A stretch of DNA of 64,000 nucleotides from Escherichia phage EC100: sequence record NC_105587.1; one strand, written 5' to 3'. The notes under the pieces are model-generated. The model did not search any database. It was not told where the DNA came from and saw only the letters and a program-made list of their open reading frames with translations. Positions within the stretch are counted from its first letter, which is position 1; each line of letters opens with the position of its first letter. Positions 9,841 through 19,442 of this stretch are shown piece by piece. The position numbers and the translations under genes were made by a program.

Positions 9841-10020
9841 ACTTCCATTTTTAAATGAGAATCATTATCATTTGCATTTCACTATCTAACCGATAATCAT
9901 TCCACTTTTTAAATGAGAATCATTTCACTTCTTGAATAATTCTCATCCCCTTTCTTAAATGCAAATCATTATCATTCGCATTTCACTTTTTAAATGAGAT
10001 TGATTCTCATTATCATTCGT
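9841..10020. repeat. degenerate tandem repeats
   Basis: three copies of TTTTTAAATGAGAATCATT and two of ATCATTATCATT(T/C)GCATTTCAC. Confidence 0.6.
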
Positions 10021-10030
10021 ATTTAGGCGA

Positions 10031-10048
10031 GCAGGGCAATTGCCCTGC
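10031..10048. repeat. perfect 18-bp palindrome
   Basis: GCAGGGCAATTGCCCTGC. Confidence 0.7.
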
Positions 10049-10053
10049 GCTTT

Positions 10054-10655
10054 TGTGCAAATCCGACAATTGCTCCAAGGGTTACGTGCTAGCGTGTATG
10101 TGCGAATCCGACAATTTTTGGTAGTGTGCAAATCCGACCCTAAAAACTTTTGTGATGTGCAAATCCGACAATGAATTTTCCTAAAAACTCCAGCAATCAC
10201 GAACTGCGTTCGAATCCTGTGGAATTAGCTAGAGTATGTGCAAATCCGACATGTGTTGAGATGTGCGAATCCGACAAGATTTTTGTGACTTCGATTGGAG
10301 GGTGTGTGATTGTATAGGTTTGAGGAGAAGATGAGAGAGCGAGAAAAATTTGAGGGGCTAGAAGGATGTGGGCGCAGGATTGGTGCGGAGCACCTGATTT
10401 GCGGGGATTTTGGGGAAGATGTAAGATAATTTGGGAAGATTTGAGATAGGTGCAGAAAAAGTGAAATTTTATTAGCAAAATGGAGCAAAATAGCTTGACA
10501 AGTGAAAATTCTTGTGGCTCTAAAAACTCAGGCAATCATGGGCCTTCGGCCCGAAATAATGCTGCCATTTTCAGAAGATTATGTGTCCATGAAAACTTAG
10601 GCGATTGTGCAAATCCGACCATAAATTTCTAGAAACACAATGTGCAAATCCGACA
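10054..10655 (+). repeat. array of eight direct 15-nt iterons (consensus ATGTGCAAATCCGACA)
   Basis: copies at ~10054, 10098, 10126, 10155, 10236, 10261, 10605, 10640, all same orientation. Confidence 0.75.
10300..10500 (+). repeat. purine-rich (GA) tract
   Basis: ~200 nt of almost exclusively G/A/T with GAGA/GGGG runs on + strand. Confidence 0.5.
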
Positions 10656-10679
10656 GTAATTTCTGGAAATGTGTTTTCA

Positions 10680-10830
10680 AAAAAATGTCTCCTAGAAATA
10701 ACCGCCCTCCCAATAACCGCCCTGTATTAAACCGCCTAGTATATGTTCCTAGAAACTTAGGAGAACCGCCCACTAGGAGTGTGGTATCTCGTGAGAACTC
10801 TGGAGTTTCTAGGAAAGTGTTGTGCCATCC
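10680..10830. repeat. short repeats (AACCGCCC x4, (T)CTAGAAA x5)
   Basis: clustered short direct repeats adjacent to the iteron array. Confidence 0.45.
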
Positions 10831-11192
10831 TAGCAGAAGAGCGGCAATAGGTGTATCATCTTGAATGTAAATTATGTGGTCAAAAGTTTTACTTTTATTT
10901 TAAATATAAGATCCCCCAGGGTTCTCATATAGAGCTTTGCCCCCGCCAGAAGGTCTCGTGATGTTTCTAGCAATTTATATTAAATTACTTATTAACTTGT
11001 CCTGTCGCTCCGTATCCTCCGCTACAAGTTAGTAATTTTAAATTACTGAACCACCACACCTTCTGTGTGGCAACTCTAAATGGTTAATTCTATTAACTCA
11101 TAGAGTTATGATAACATACATTTAGCTATCTGTCAACGAGAGTTTGTATTTGAGTCTCGGTACAGGTATTGTGCACCGAGACTTGCAGGATC

Positions 11193-12077
11193 TTACAGTA
11201 ACTCTTGGTATGCTTTTTGATACGCCTCAGTGTCAGTAGGTGTATCTTTTGCTAGCGCAATTAGTTCATCTGTTATCTGAATATTCGTATTATAACGTGT
11301 GTGGAACTCGTTAGGAATTTCTAGGTATCTATTGATGAATGCTGCAGCAAGCGGTGTGACTAAACCAATCTCTAGAGATAGCTTAACTTGTTTTTCGTAG
11401 ATTAAATATTGAGAATCAGATGGGATTGGTGGGGTTACATCAATTTTCTCTGGTTCTTTTTCTGGAAGCAATGGATTATTATATAATGCTTCATCTGGAA
11501 GCACAGATTTACGCTCTTTAAATATATAAGTTTCTAGATCCGATGCTTTAGATCCTGAGTATACAGCGAAGATGCTAGCTTTACCTTGTGATGCCCTAAC
11601 TGGTAGATAACTAGTAGGATAACTTCTTAATGCATCATGGAATGGACTTCCTGAGTACTTGTATGTATCTCCATAGAGATCATCAATATTCATTCGTTCA
11701 TTTTCAAAAATGTGAAATGACTTAAATGGTGGAATGGTGAAGTATTCCATCTGTAACCCATAAACTAAGAAACGATGTGCATATGCACTGATTTTTAAGA
11801 CTGTGAATGCTTTTTCACCTTCTTTATGGGCGTTGCCTTTTGAAGTAACTTGGTAACGTTTACAAAACATCTCTACTAGACGTTTCTCATTAATACTAAG
11901 GGTGGAGTACAGTCGTCCACTTAATCCTATAAGTGCATCGAACATAAATGCTAGTTTATCTTTTTCTTCCGGGGTTAGTTCAGGAAATGGAAGTACTTTA
12001 GCATTAGGAACACTATTATTCTCCTTAGGTTTTGTTTTACCAGCGTTTTGTCTTAGTTTATCTTTAAAGTTATACAT
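11193..12077 (-). CDS. hypothetical protein
   Basis: 294-aa ORF, first gene right of the repeat region. Confidence 0.55.
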   Translation of the reverse strand: MYNFKDKLRQNAGKTKPKENNSVPNAKVLPFPELTPEEKDKLAFMFDALIGLSGRLYSTLSINEKRLVEMFCKRYQVTSKGNAHKEGEKAFTVLKISAYAHRFLVYGLQMEYFTIPPFKSFHIFENERMNIDDLYGDTYKYSGSPFHDALRSYPTSYLPVRASQGKASIFAVYSGSKASDLETYIFKERKSVLPDEALYNNPLLPEKEPEKIDVTPPIPSDSQYLIYEKQVKLSLEIGLVTPLAAAFINRYLEIPNEFHTRYNTNIQITDELIALAKDTPTDTEAYQKAYQELL

Positions 12078-12154
12078 TATTATCTCCCATTTTTAAGGTC
12101 TGGATGACCTTCTTTTTATTTTAGAGCCTCCGTAGAGGCTCATGTATTAGAGGA

Positions 12155-12763
12155 TTAGCTACCTCTCTTATCTTCATTAATAGCAGCTCCCAACGCCTCC
12201 ATAATAGCATCCTCTAAACTTCCATGTTTACCAGGATTATTAAAATGAATAGTACAAACAGAACTCCTAGAAACTCCAGCATCCGCAGGTGCTACGCTTC
12301 GCATATCAGATTCAAAAGCTTCTTGAGTATGTTTCAACTGCACAGAAGGGCCGTAATCTTCCCCAACTCGATAGGATTGGTTAGATGACAGCGTACCACC
12401 ACAGGGGACATTGTGCAGTTCCGACGTTATTTTAGGATTATTTAACAGTGCAATACCACCTTTTGACCACGGATCACTAACAGTGGTACTGGGACGATTC
12501 ACCTCAGTCTTCACAAGTTTGTACCCTGCATCGATTAATGAGTTAATAAGATTATCCGCTGGGATGCGAGCCTTACCAAAAATCTTACGAGCATCTTCAA
12601 GCTTACCTTCAAAATCTTTACACGCTCTAAGGTCGGTATGTGCAAATGTTAGTTTCATAGATTTGAATTGTACAGTAGCAGTTAAATCTTTAAAGCTATA
12701 ATCCCATGTATTCAATTCACGATCTGGTACTACTTGAATAGATTGTTGTGCATATAAAGTCAT
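12155..12763 (-). CDS. hypothetical protein
   Basis: 202-aa ORF. Confidence 0.55.
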   Translation of the reverse strand: MTLYAQQSIQVVPDRELNTWDYSFKDLTATVQFKSMKLTFAHTDLRACKDFEGKLEDARKIFGKARIPADNLINSLIDAGYKLVKTEVNRPSTTVSDPWSKGGIALLNNPKITSELHNVPCGGTLSSNQSYRVGEDYGPSVQLKHTQEAFESDMRSVAPADAGVSRSSVCTIHFNNPGKHGSLEDAIMEALGAAINEDKRGS

Positions 12764-12948
12764 TATTTATTCTCCAGTTTGTCTAACAGTTTATGGGCTG
12801 CTAGATTATATTGTTTAAGCTCACGATTAAGGATTTGGTTCTCACACTTTAGCTCTAGATTCTTATTATTAAGAATGTTGCAGATTAGTAGAAGTGCTAG
12901 TATTAGTAACAGAGAACCTACGAGCACTAAAAGAAAAAGAGTTTCCAT
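12763..12948 (-). CDS. small membrane/coiled-coil protein
   Basis: 61 aa, N-terminal TM helix. Confidence 0.4.
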   Translation of the reverse strand: METLFLLVLVGSLLLILALLLICNILNNKNLELKCENQILNRELKQYNLAAHKLLDKLENK

Positions 12949-13181
12949 TATTTGATTCCCATGTAACGTTTAAGATATACTATGAAGTCTTCCGCTGTAT
13001 GCTCTACGCTACCTTGAGCTACGAATAGCTTGAGAGCTTCACGTTGTAGTTTGAGACCCGCTACCTCACCACGCAATTTTATTAGATCTTCTGCTAGTTC
13101 TCTAGCTCTACGCATAATAGCAAAGGATATAAGTACTACGATGAATAACATAACTACTAAAATAATTGCTATGATTTCCAT
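12948..13181 (-). CDS. small membrane/coiled-coil protein
   Basis: 77 aa, N-terminal TM helix then charged helix. Confidence 0.45.
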   Translation of the reverse strand: MEIIAIILVVMLFIVVLISFAIMRRARELAEDLIKLRGEVAGLKLQREALKLFVAQGSVEHTAEDFIVYLKRYMGIK

Positions 13182-13459
13182 ATTAACATCCAGCTTTTAT
13201 CACACATTTGGGCATGATCTATCAGTTCATTCATTGATGTATTGTTATCATAAATGCACTCTAGTATATACCTTCTGTCAAATTCGTCAACCAAATATTC
13301 TACGTTATTTATTACTACTTTATACAGATCTGGGACTAGAGAGCATGTATTTGGTATGGGGCGGCTGCTTAATTCTATTTCATTATAGCCCCATGTTGTT
13401 TTAAATAGTTTGTTACTAAGTGCTGCTAATGGATTTGACCATATAATATAGCTACTCAC
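13169..13459 (-). CDS. hypothetical protein
   Basis: 96-aa ORF. Confidence 0.45.
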   Translation of the reverse strand: MSSYIIWSNPLAALSNKLFKTTWGYNEIELSSRPIPNTCSLVPDLYKVVINNVEYLVDEFDRRYILECIYDNNTSMNELIDHAQMCDKSWMLIWKS

Positions 13460-13898
13460 TATTTATCTCCATTCTTAACTTTGAAAACTTATTATACCAA
13501 ACTATATAATTATCGTCAATTACAAATTTATGATAACATGCTGGTACGGTATAGGTTCCATAATCCGTGACACGCTGCACAACCTTGTGTGCACACAGTC
13601 GACAACCGTGCCCTTCTAAATGAGATCTAGCAGTTTGCCAGTAATATCCTTCATGATCTGGACAATAGATTTCTACTTGCTGTTGCATTGTTTTGTAATT
13701 TACACGCTCATACCCAAAGAAAGCTCCATGAGCTGCAATAGCTTTCTTGATAAATATAAGGTTTAGCGCTTCTTGCTGGAAGTCTGGATGTAGCTGCTTA
13801 ATCTTAGTTCTATTAATAGATCCATCCGATTTGATAAACCTATTTATTGGGAAGTTGTTAGCTTCCTCGATTAATAATTCATTTACCTTTTCTCTCAT
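13452..13898 (-). CDS. hypothetical Cys/His-rich protein
   Basis: ORF trimmed to internal Met to avoid overlap; 'GHGCRLCAH' motif. Confidence 0.45.
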   Translation of the reverse strand: MREKVNELLIEEANNFPINRFIKSDGSINRTKIKQLHPDFQQEALNLIFIKKAIAAHGAFFGYERVNYKTMQQQVEIYCPDHEGYYWQTARSHLEGHGCRLCAHKVVQRVTDYGTYTVPACYHKFVIDDNYIVWYNKFSKLRMEINSE

Positions 13899-13899
13899 A

Positions 13900-14124
13900 T
13901 TAGATACTCTCACAACTAAGATGGAAACATTCGTAAGCGTCTCCAGTAAACTCTTTATCTTGTAGTATACACTTAGCCTGGTCTTCTGGTACTCCAGCAT
14001 CTAATAACTGTTGTTTACTTGGCTTTTCAGCGAATACTTTTACAAAATACTCACCATCCTGATTATACTCATTTATATCTCTAGTAAGGACATATACTTG
14101 CATTTGAAGTTCCTTGAAACACAA
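13900..14124 (-). CDS. hypothetical protein
   Basis: 74-aa ORF. Confidence 0.4.
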   Translation of the reverse strand: MCFKELQMQVYVLTRDINEYNQDGEYFVKVFAEKPSKQQLLDAGVPEDQAKCILQDKEFTGDAYECFHLSCESI

Positions 14125-14157
14125 AAGGCCAGAACAATTAAGTCCTGGCCCCTAGAA

Positions 14158-14529
14158 TTAATGAAGTTGTTTACCACTTCTTAAAATAGTGGCCGTTTCC
14201 ATAAGATTTAACGTTGTATCACGCTTTTTGATTTGTTTGTCAAGTTCATCGGTACGTTTGCCAATGTAAGCGTTAATAGCCATATTCATAGCTGAGGCGA
14301 GATCTTCTTTGGTTATCTCTTCATTATCTAAAGCTAATTTAGCTAAAGAATCGAAAGTACTAGAAAGTCCTATAAGATCTGAGGTTTCACTGGCCAAGAT
14401 AGGGTTAACATTATCTATTGTTATTTCTAGCATAGAGTTAACAATATCTTCTCCGTCTACTAGACCAGATTCAATATTACTCTCCCATTCCTTCATCTGC
14501 TCCAGCAATGGATTTTTCTTTTCTGTCAT
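14158..14529 (-). CDS. hypothetical acidic protein
   Basis: ORF trimmed to Met with AGGAAA RBS. Confidence 0.45.
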   Translation of the reverse strand: MTEKKNPLLEQMKEWESNIESGLVDGEDIVNSMLEITIDNVNPILASETSDLIGLSSTFDSLAKLALDNEEITKEDLASAMNMAINAYIGKRTDELDKQIKKRDTTLNLMETATILRSGKQLH

Positions 14530-14938
14530 GGTAGAGGTTTCCTGTGTCAGTTGGTAAGAATGATGATTGCATTTTAGGTGGATGTTGTTTAGCAATCCAG
14601 TTAAGAATCAGTACACGACTAGGAACAATATCAGTGTTGTACCAGAAATCGTGAACCCATTGACGAGCATCCTCAAACTTACCAAATTTATACGCTTTCT
14701 TAAACAATTCAAACCCAAAACAATCTGGTGTGAAGTCTACTTCACGATACTGAATTACTTTAGAACCCGTTAGGTCTTGGATCGCTGCATTAATTTCTGT
14801 ATGAGAGAATTTTGTTTCGTGAAACTTATTAAAGAATCGGTAGTTGAAGCGTCCGTTCGTTTCGACAAACAACTGGATGAAGAGATCGTTAAATTGGTTA
14901 TCAAACCAGTAATTCTGTAGTTGTTGTAGTGCTGTCAT
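14477..14938 (-). CDS. hypothetical protein
   Basis: 153-aa ORF. Confidence 0.5.
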   Translation of the reverse strand: MTALQQLQNYWFDNQFNDLFIQLFVETNGRFNYRFFNKFHETKFSHTEINAAIQDLTGSKVIQYREVDFTPDCFGFELFKKAYKFGKFEDARQWVHDFWYNTDIVPSRVLILNWIAKQHPPKMQSSFLPTDTGNLYHDRKEKSIAGADEGMGE

Positions 14939-15135
14939 TTACGAACTCCGTTAATTGCCACGATGATGCCTTCGTACATAAAAGGAAGTAGTTCAGAAGT
15001 GTAGAAGATATTTTCCGTTATTCCTAGATGTCGAAAAAGTATATTAAATAATGCTGTTAGAAATACAATCTGAGGCAGTAATACAAAATACTCAGTTACA
15101 ATCTTTGGTGCCTGATAAACAAGACGTTTTATCAT
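14935..15135 (-). CDS. small membrane protein
   Basis: 66 aa hydrophobic. Confidence 0.4.
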   Translation of the reverse strand: MIKRLVYQAPKIVTEYFVLLPQIVFLTALFNILFRHLGITENIFYTSELLPFMYEGIIVAINGVRK

Positions 15136-15234
15136 TGTTTTTAAGTCTCCTTATTACTTTGGCCTGCTCCACAATAATAAAAACTGCAAGCACTAATAGT
15201 GCTATTAGCCCCGCAGTAATTGGTACTAAATCAA

Positions 15235-15561
15235 TCATGGGAGACGCCATACGTAATTAGCTGTCTGTAGAATCTTAGCGGTATCATCATGGTACATTAC
15301 TACAGACTTTGGTGAATAGCTATCAGCTAGTTCTTTACGAATCATTTCACACTCTTCACCAGTATCAATATTTTTAACTATCACTTTCATATTAAGTGGT
15401 GTTAATACAGAAAGTGGTTTCCAGGAGTCCTCAATCTCAATTCCTACCTTTTTCTCGATTAACATGAGAACTTCTAGTGTATCATCTGGAATACTAATAT
15501 TGTTATTCACAAACTGTAATATCTCATGTAAGGTATTTAATTCATTAAAATTAAGCTTCAT
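15235..15561 (-). CDS. hypothetical protein
   Basis: 108-aa ORF. Confidence 0.5.
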   Translation of the reverse strand: MKLNFNELNTLHEILQFVNNNISIPDDTLEVLMLIEKKVGIEIEDSWKPLSVLTPLNMKVIVKNIDTGEECEMIRKELADSYSPKSVVMYHDDTAKILQTANYVWRLP

Positions 15562-15796
15562 CTTTAAGAATATCCTCTACCATATCACAAGACTGTTGCA
15601 ATTCATCAGCAATACGTTTAACATCGGTTTTTGTTACTTTACCAATTAGCATTACCAGTAACATAGAGAAGATAATAAAAGGTACTGGAATAACAAATAA
15701 AGCTACCTTAGCTACATTCTTTGGTGTCCATGTGTGGTATTTAGTAACTAGTACACCAACCACAACTAAATAAAATGCGAGAATAAACATCATCAT
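15551..15796 (-). CDS. small membrane protein
   Basis: 81 aa, two TM helices. Confidence 0.45.
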   Translation of the reverse strand: MMMFILAFYLVVVGVLVTKYHTWTPKNVAKVALFVIPVPFIIFSMLLVMLIGKVTKTDVKRIADELQQSCDMVEDILKDEA

Positions 15797-16074
15797 TTTT
15801 TAATCTCCGTAATTATCTGCGCACGCATTACTTTAGCAGGCAATTTGTTATTTCCAACTATTACTTCAATATTATTTAACTTCTCTTTAAGAATATCTGA
15901 GCGTCTTTGGGCCAGTTCAATATCCTGTTCTTGCTCTAGTAAACGGTGGTGCAATCCGCTGTTAGTAATGAGCATACCTTCCATATTTTTTCGTATGCTT
16001 ACAATACCAATAATTCCACCAATCGCTGCTAGTGTCATAAGCACTAGCAGTCCAATAAGAATTTCTATAATCAT
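15793..16074 (-). CDS. small membrane protein
   Basis: 93 aa, N-terminal TM helix. Confidence 0.45.
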   Translation of the reverse strand: MIIEILIGLLVLMTLAAIGGIIGIVSIRKNMEGMLITNSGLHHRLLEQEQDIELAQRRSDILKEKLNNIEVIVGNNKLPAKVMRAQIITEIKK

Positions 16075-16496
16075 TTGTCCGTTACTCCATTACTACATTT
16101 AATGTAGGGGCTTACAGTTTCGTAGAATTTAATCTTGACTAAAGATCCGTTAACTGCTCTACAAAATCTCTTACCCTCTTCAATTTGAAGTTTGGCCTCA
16201 ATTGAATCTTCCATTTTGTAGGCATCTACTACTTCAACCCCAGAATCTTTAGATAATGCTTCATCTAGTTTTATTTGCTTGAGCACAAGATCTGCTTCTG
16301 CAAGCATTATTTTATGTTCTGATAGTAATTTATTGCGTTCTGCCATAGCTTTAATTTCTGGACTGATATGTTCCCCCACTACAACTTCCTTCGCTTCGTC
16401 ACGTTGATTAAGTATATAGTCGGTAACACCAATCGATATTGCTAAAGAAAGCAGCGAGTTAACTGCTATAGTATAGAAAAATTGGCCATTAGTCAT
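16071..16496 (-). CDS. hypothetical membrane-anchored protein
   Basis: 141 aa, N-terminal hydrophobic segment. Confidence 0.5.
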   Translation of the reverse strand: MTNGQFFYTIAVNSLLSLAISIGVTDYILNQRDEAKEVVVGEHISPEIKAMAERNKLLSEHKIMLAEADLVLKQIKLDEALSKDSGVEVVDAYKMEDSIEAKLQIEEGKRFCRAVNGSLVKIKFYETVSPYIKCSNGVTDK

Positions 16497-16765
16497 TATT
16501 TCTTACCTTTCAGTTGCTTAACTTCACGCTCAAAAGATGCTGCACGACGTTCGGCAGTTGCCTGATGCTCTTTCGCAAAACGTGCTTCCTGTTTTGCGAG
16601 GTTGAACGCCATAGCATTCTTATTCAGAGAATCATACATCTTTTTCATTGCCGGAATAGACATCTTCATGAGCTGACCCTCAAAACCCTGCATGTCGAGG
16701 AGAATTGCCAGAACGTTAGCCATTTCATTTTTAGTCATGTTTTCCATTAGAATTTCCTCTCTCAT
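16496..16765 (-). CDS. hypothetical protein
   Basis: 89 aa; strong promoter upstream. Confidence 0.5.
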   Translation of the reverse strand: MREEILMENMTKNEMANVLAILLDMQGFEGQLMKMSIPAMKKMYDSLNKNAMAFNLAKQEARFAKEHQATAERRAASFEREVKQLKGKK

Positions 16766-16779
16766 TAATTTATGAACTT

Positions 16780-16808
16780 ATTATACAGAATTTTAAGGCT
16801 TAAAGCAA
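16780..16808 (-). promoter_or_regulatory. strong sigma70 early promoter
   Basis: reverse strand TTGCTT/17 bp/TATAAT plus upstream A-tract. Confidence 0.6.
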
Positions 16809-16825
16809 CTGAATTTTTTAATTAC

Positions 16826-17257
16826 TTACCAATCGTTAACAACGCCGGAGAACCCAGAAGCAAAAACCTTTTCAAATTTCTCTGCAATTTCAGGATGATC
16901 TTTGCAGATCAGCTCAATACATGCTTCTGGAGTCATTCCTTCATCTTCAGGATCACCATAGTATTTATCCCAAAGATCATCAGGGATGATATGCTCCGCC
17001 AAATCTTGGAAAGAGATTAACTGATAACGTTCTGCTTCCTCAGCGATAAGAATTTCGCACAGATCTTTATCTATATCGCTACGATAATCCGCAATTAATA
17101 GGGCATTGCAAGCATGGCATTCCCAGACCATCAAACGTTCAGAGATAGGATTAGACTTATCCTGAACGTAAGACTGGAACAAGGTTCGGAAAGTTGCCTT
17201 AACTTGTTCAAACTTATCTGCTGCTGCGAAAACTAGAGCTTTATCAACTTTGTTCAT
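16826..17257 (-). CDS. hypothetical protein
   Basis: 143 aa; strong promoter upstream. Confidence 0.5.
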   Translation of the reverse strand: MNKVDKALVFAAADKFEQVKATFRTLFQSYVQDKSNPISERLMVWECHACNALLIADYRSDIDKDLCEILIAEEAERYQLISFQDLAEHIIPDDLWDKYYGDPEDEGMTPEACIELICKDHPEIAEKFEKVFASGFSGVVNDW

Positions 17258-17297
17258 TTTGATTCCTTCTCATCAATTTATAAAGTAATTATACAGA

Positions 17298-17326
17298 AAC
17301 TTAAGCATTTTAGCAAATAAAACTTT
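17298..17326 (-). promoter_or_regulatory. strong sigma70 early promoter
   Basis: TTGCTA/17 bp/TATAAT, A-tract. Confidence 0.6.
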
Positions 17327-17424
17327 TAATTAAAATGCCTAATCCTGTACCAATAGCAATACAAATGATTATAAGTATTGCTATCGCTTGTATGATTCGT
17401 TTAATAATAGCCTCAGCTATATAC

Positions 17425-18015
17425 TCAGACATTTATATCACCACGTAATACAGCAGCTACGTCTTCCCCTATTTGTAATACCTCGCCGGTAGTACAATTA
17501 ACTACTCTATCATAGCTAGTAAACTTACCAGACACAATATCCTCTAGCGGAATTGGAGTTTTACTCATTTCAAATGAAACGTTGATATAACGTGGATCAC
17601 GTAGAGAAGTAGTATGTACGTGTCCATGAATATTTAGTTTGCCACGAAGTTCATTGGGGTGCAAAGGGCAGTGAGATAGCCAAAACTTTTTGCCACCTCC
17701 AGTCTGTTTACCTAGAGCCTGAATATCATCATAAACTTCTGCTAAGTCCCTAATGCTCAGTCCTTGACGTTCCGCATCATGATTACCCATAATGAGTTGG
17801 TTAGGAACATTGTGGATAACCGACTTTAATTTGGCCAGACCTTCACGACCTACTGCAATATCCCCTAGCAAAATAAGTTTTGTTCGTTTACCAATATGCT
17901 TGGACAAAGTGTCTAGAATATACTCATCGTGCTCCTTCATGTTCTTAAACCACGGACGGAAACGTAACGCTCCAGGGTGGTCTAGGTGCAAGTCTGACCA
18001 GAATTTAACTTTCAT
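17425..18015 (-). CDS. metallophosphoesterase (calcineurin-like)
   Basis: 196 aa; 'DLHLDHP', 'GDIAVG', 'GNHD', 'GHVH' motifs. Confidence 0.7.
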   Translation of the reverse strand: MKVKFWSDLHLDHPGALRFRPWFKNMKEHDEYILDTLSKHIGKRTKLILLGDIAVGREGLAKLKSVIHNVPNQLIMGNHDAERQGLSIRDLAEVYDDIQALGKQTGGGKKFWLSHCPLHPNELRGKLNIHGHVHTTSLRDPRYINVSFEMSKTPIPLEDIVSGKFTSYDRVVNCTTGEVLQIGEDVAAVLRGDINV

Positions 18016-18304
18016 TACTCTTTTCCTTATTCTGTATTAAGCTATCAACCCAAGAGGTTAACACTTTGGTTTTAAACTCCTCGGGAGTCTCTCCTTCCTT
18101 AAGGTCTACCTCATTAAGATAGGTAGTAAGCCTTGTTTCTATCTCTATTTCAGTAGGAGAATTAAAACAAAAATTGACTGCTATTCCAGAATATATTACT
18201 CCAGTATCTCCTTTGACGAAAGCATTAACTAATGCCCTCCAACGAAGGGCATCAATACGCATTGCTCGTAATTCTTCTCGTACTTCTTTCATTCTATCAT
18301 TCAT
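18005..18304 (-). CDS. hypothetical protein
   Basis: 99-aa ORF. Confidence 0.45.
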   Translation of the reverse strand: MNDRMKEVREELRAMRIDALRWRALVNAFVKGDTGVIYSGIAVNFCFNSPTEIEIETRLTTYLNEVDLKEGETPEEFKTKVLTSWVDSLIQNKEKSNES

Positions 18305-19179
18305 TAAAGAATCCTCTGTACACCACAGCTATTATTTTTGTCTGTGGTAAATGTGGTGATTTTGCCAGTTTCATCATTAACCTGCGCAACCGTCAACTGC
18401 CCGTTGAAAACACCGCCAGTATCCAGATAAACACGGTTTTTATGAAGAAGTGGGTAAGGTACTCCAGTATGTCCATGAAACACGAAATCTACCCCTTTAA
18501 CTTCTGGCACTTCTACCATGTATTTTTCTTTAAATCCTGCATAACGCTGGAAATACGGATGTTCCTCACCATTTTTGGATAAGTAGAAGCCTATTTCTTG
18601 GATTACATCTCGATCCCATAAATATGGTTCAATATGGTATCCAGGATGGTCATGTGGGTCTTCCTTAGCTGCTTCTACTTGTGCAATAAGATTATCCCAT
18701 ACTGGGGTTTCTACTTCATTACCACATTTTTTGTATGTAAAAGGTACACCACCGTGAACAACACCATACTTCTTACCACGATGTCTAACAGTTAGGAATA
18801 CTGGCATTTTTTCAGCCATATCTTCGGCGATATTTTTAATGGTGTCTGCATCCAGCTCATTCATAGCCCATATACCACCGTTATACATCCAATTAGCCCA
18901 ATCTCCTGCAATCATAAATTGGTCGTGATTACCACGGACACTGATAAAATGTGGATTATATAGGAATTTGGCTAAAACTTGTAGGTTTTGTGTGCCTCGG
19001 TCAATTAAGTCACCAACACATACTAAGCAATCTTTTTTGCTATTATACCCAGCTAATTTCAACGCATCTTCTAGTAAATCGTTGCATCCATGAATATCAC
19101 CAACGAAAAACAAGTTGGCATCATCCGGCACTACTAGAGTTTTATGTACATTAAATTCTTTTTTCATAATTATTCCCAA
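18304..19179 (-). CDS. Ser/Thr protein phosphatase (PPP family)
   Basis: 291 aa; 'GDIHGC', 'GDLIDRG', 'RGNHD' signature motifs. Confidence 0.8.
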   Translation of the reverse strand: MGIIMKKEFNVHKTLVVPDDANLFFVGDIHGCNDLLEDALKLAGYNSKKDCLVCVGDLIDRGTQNLQVLAKFLYNPHFISVRGNHDQFMIAGDWANWMYNGGIWAMNELDADTIKNIAEDMAEKMPVFLTVRHRGKKYGVVHGGVPFTYKKCGNEVETPVWDNLIAQVEAAKEDPHDHPGYHIEPYLWDRDVIQEIGFYLSKNGEEHPYFQRYAGFKEKYMVEVPEVKGVDFVFHGHTGVPYPLLHKNRVYLDTGGVFNGQLTVAQVNDETGKITTFTTDKNNSCGVQRIL

Positions 19180-19415
19180 ATAACAGTTAAAATAGTTGTG
19201 CCATAATCATTAGATAGTTGGAAGGTATAACCCTCTTTATAGAGGGCTTTTATAGCTTCATAACTAATTTCATCGCGATTAAACTGTACAAAAGAACCTC
19301 CAATCTCCACAGAAGAAACTATTCTCTTTTTAACATACTTATATGGTTTCTTTCTGCTCTTAAGAAGCGTAGCTCTATTTATCCTGGCTAAACGTTTTGC
19401 TTGTTCCGCTAACAT
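19170..19415 (-). CDS. hypothetical protein
   Basis: 81-aa ORF. Confidence 0.45.
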   Translation of the reverse strand: MLAEQAKRLARINRATLLKSRKKPYKYVKKRIVSSVEIGGSFVQFNRDEISYEAIKALYKEGYTFQLSNDYGTTILTVIWE

Positions 19416-19442
19416 TTAATCCTCCGGTCAATTTATATAAAT

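Noticed and set aside
10054-10655. Possible CRISPR array (repeated 15-mer)
   Set aside because: Repeats are only 15 nt, spacing is highly irregular (25-344 bp), no cas genes are present; fits an iteron/binding-site array.
9955-10864. ORFs 9955..10200, 10197..10535, 10225..10488 and 10640..10864 from the six-frame track
   Set aside because: They lie entirely within repeat/palindrome/purine-rich DNA, overlap each other, lack RBSs and encode low-complexity peptides; treated as non-coding.
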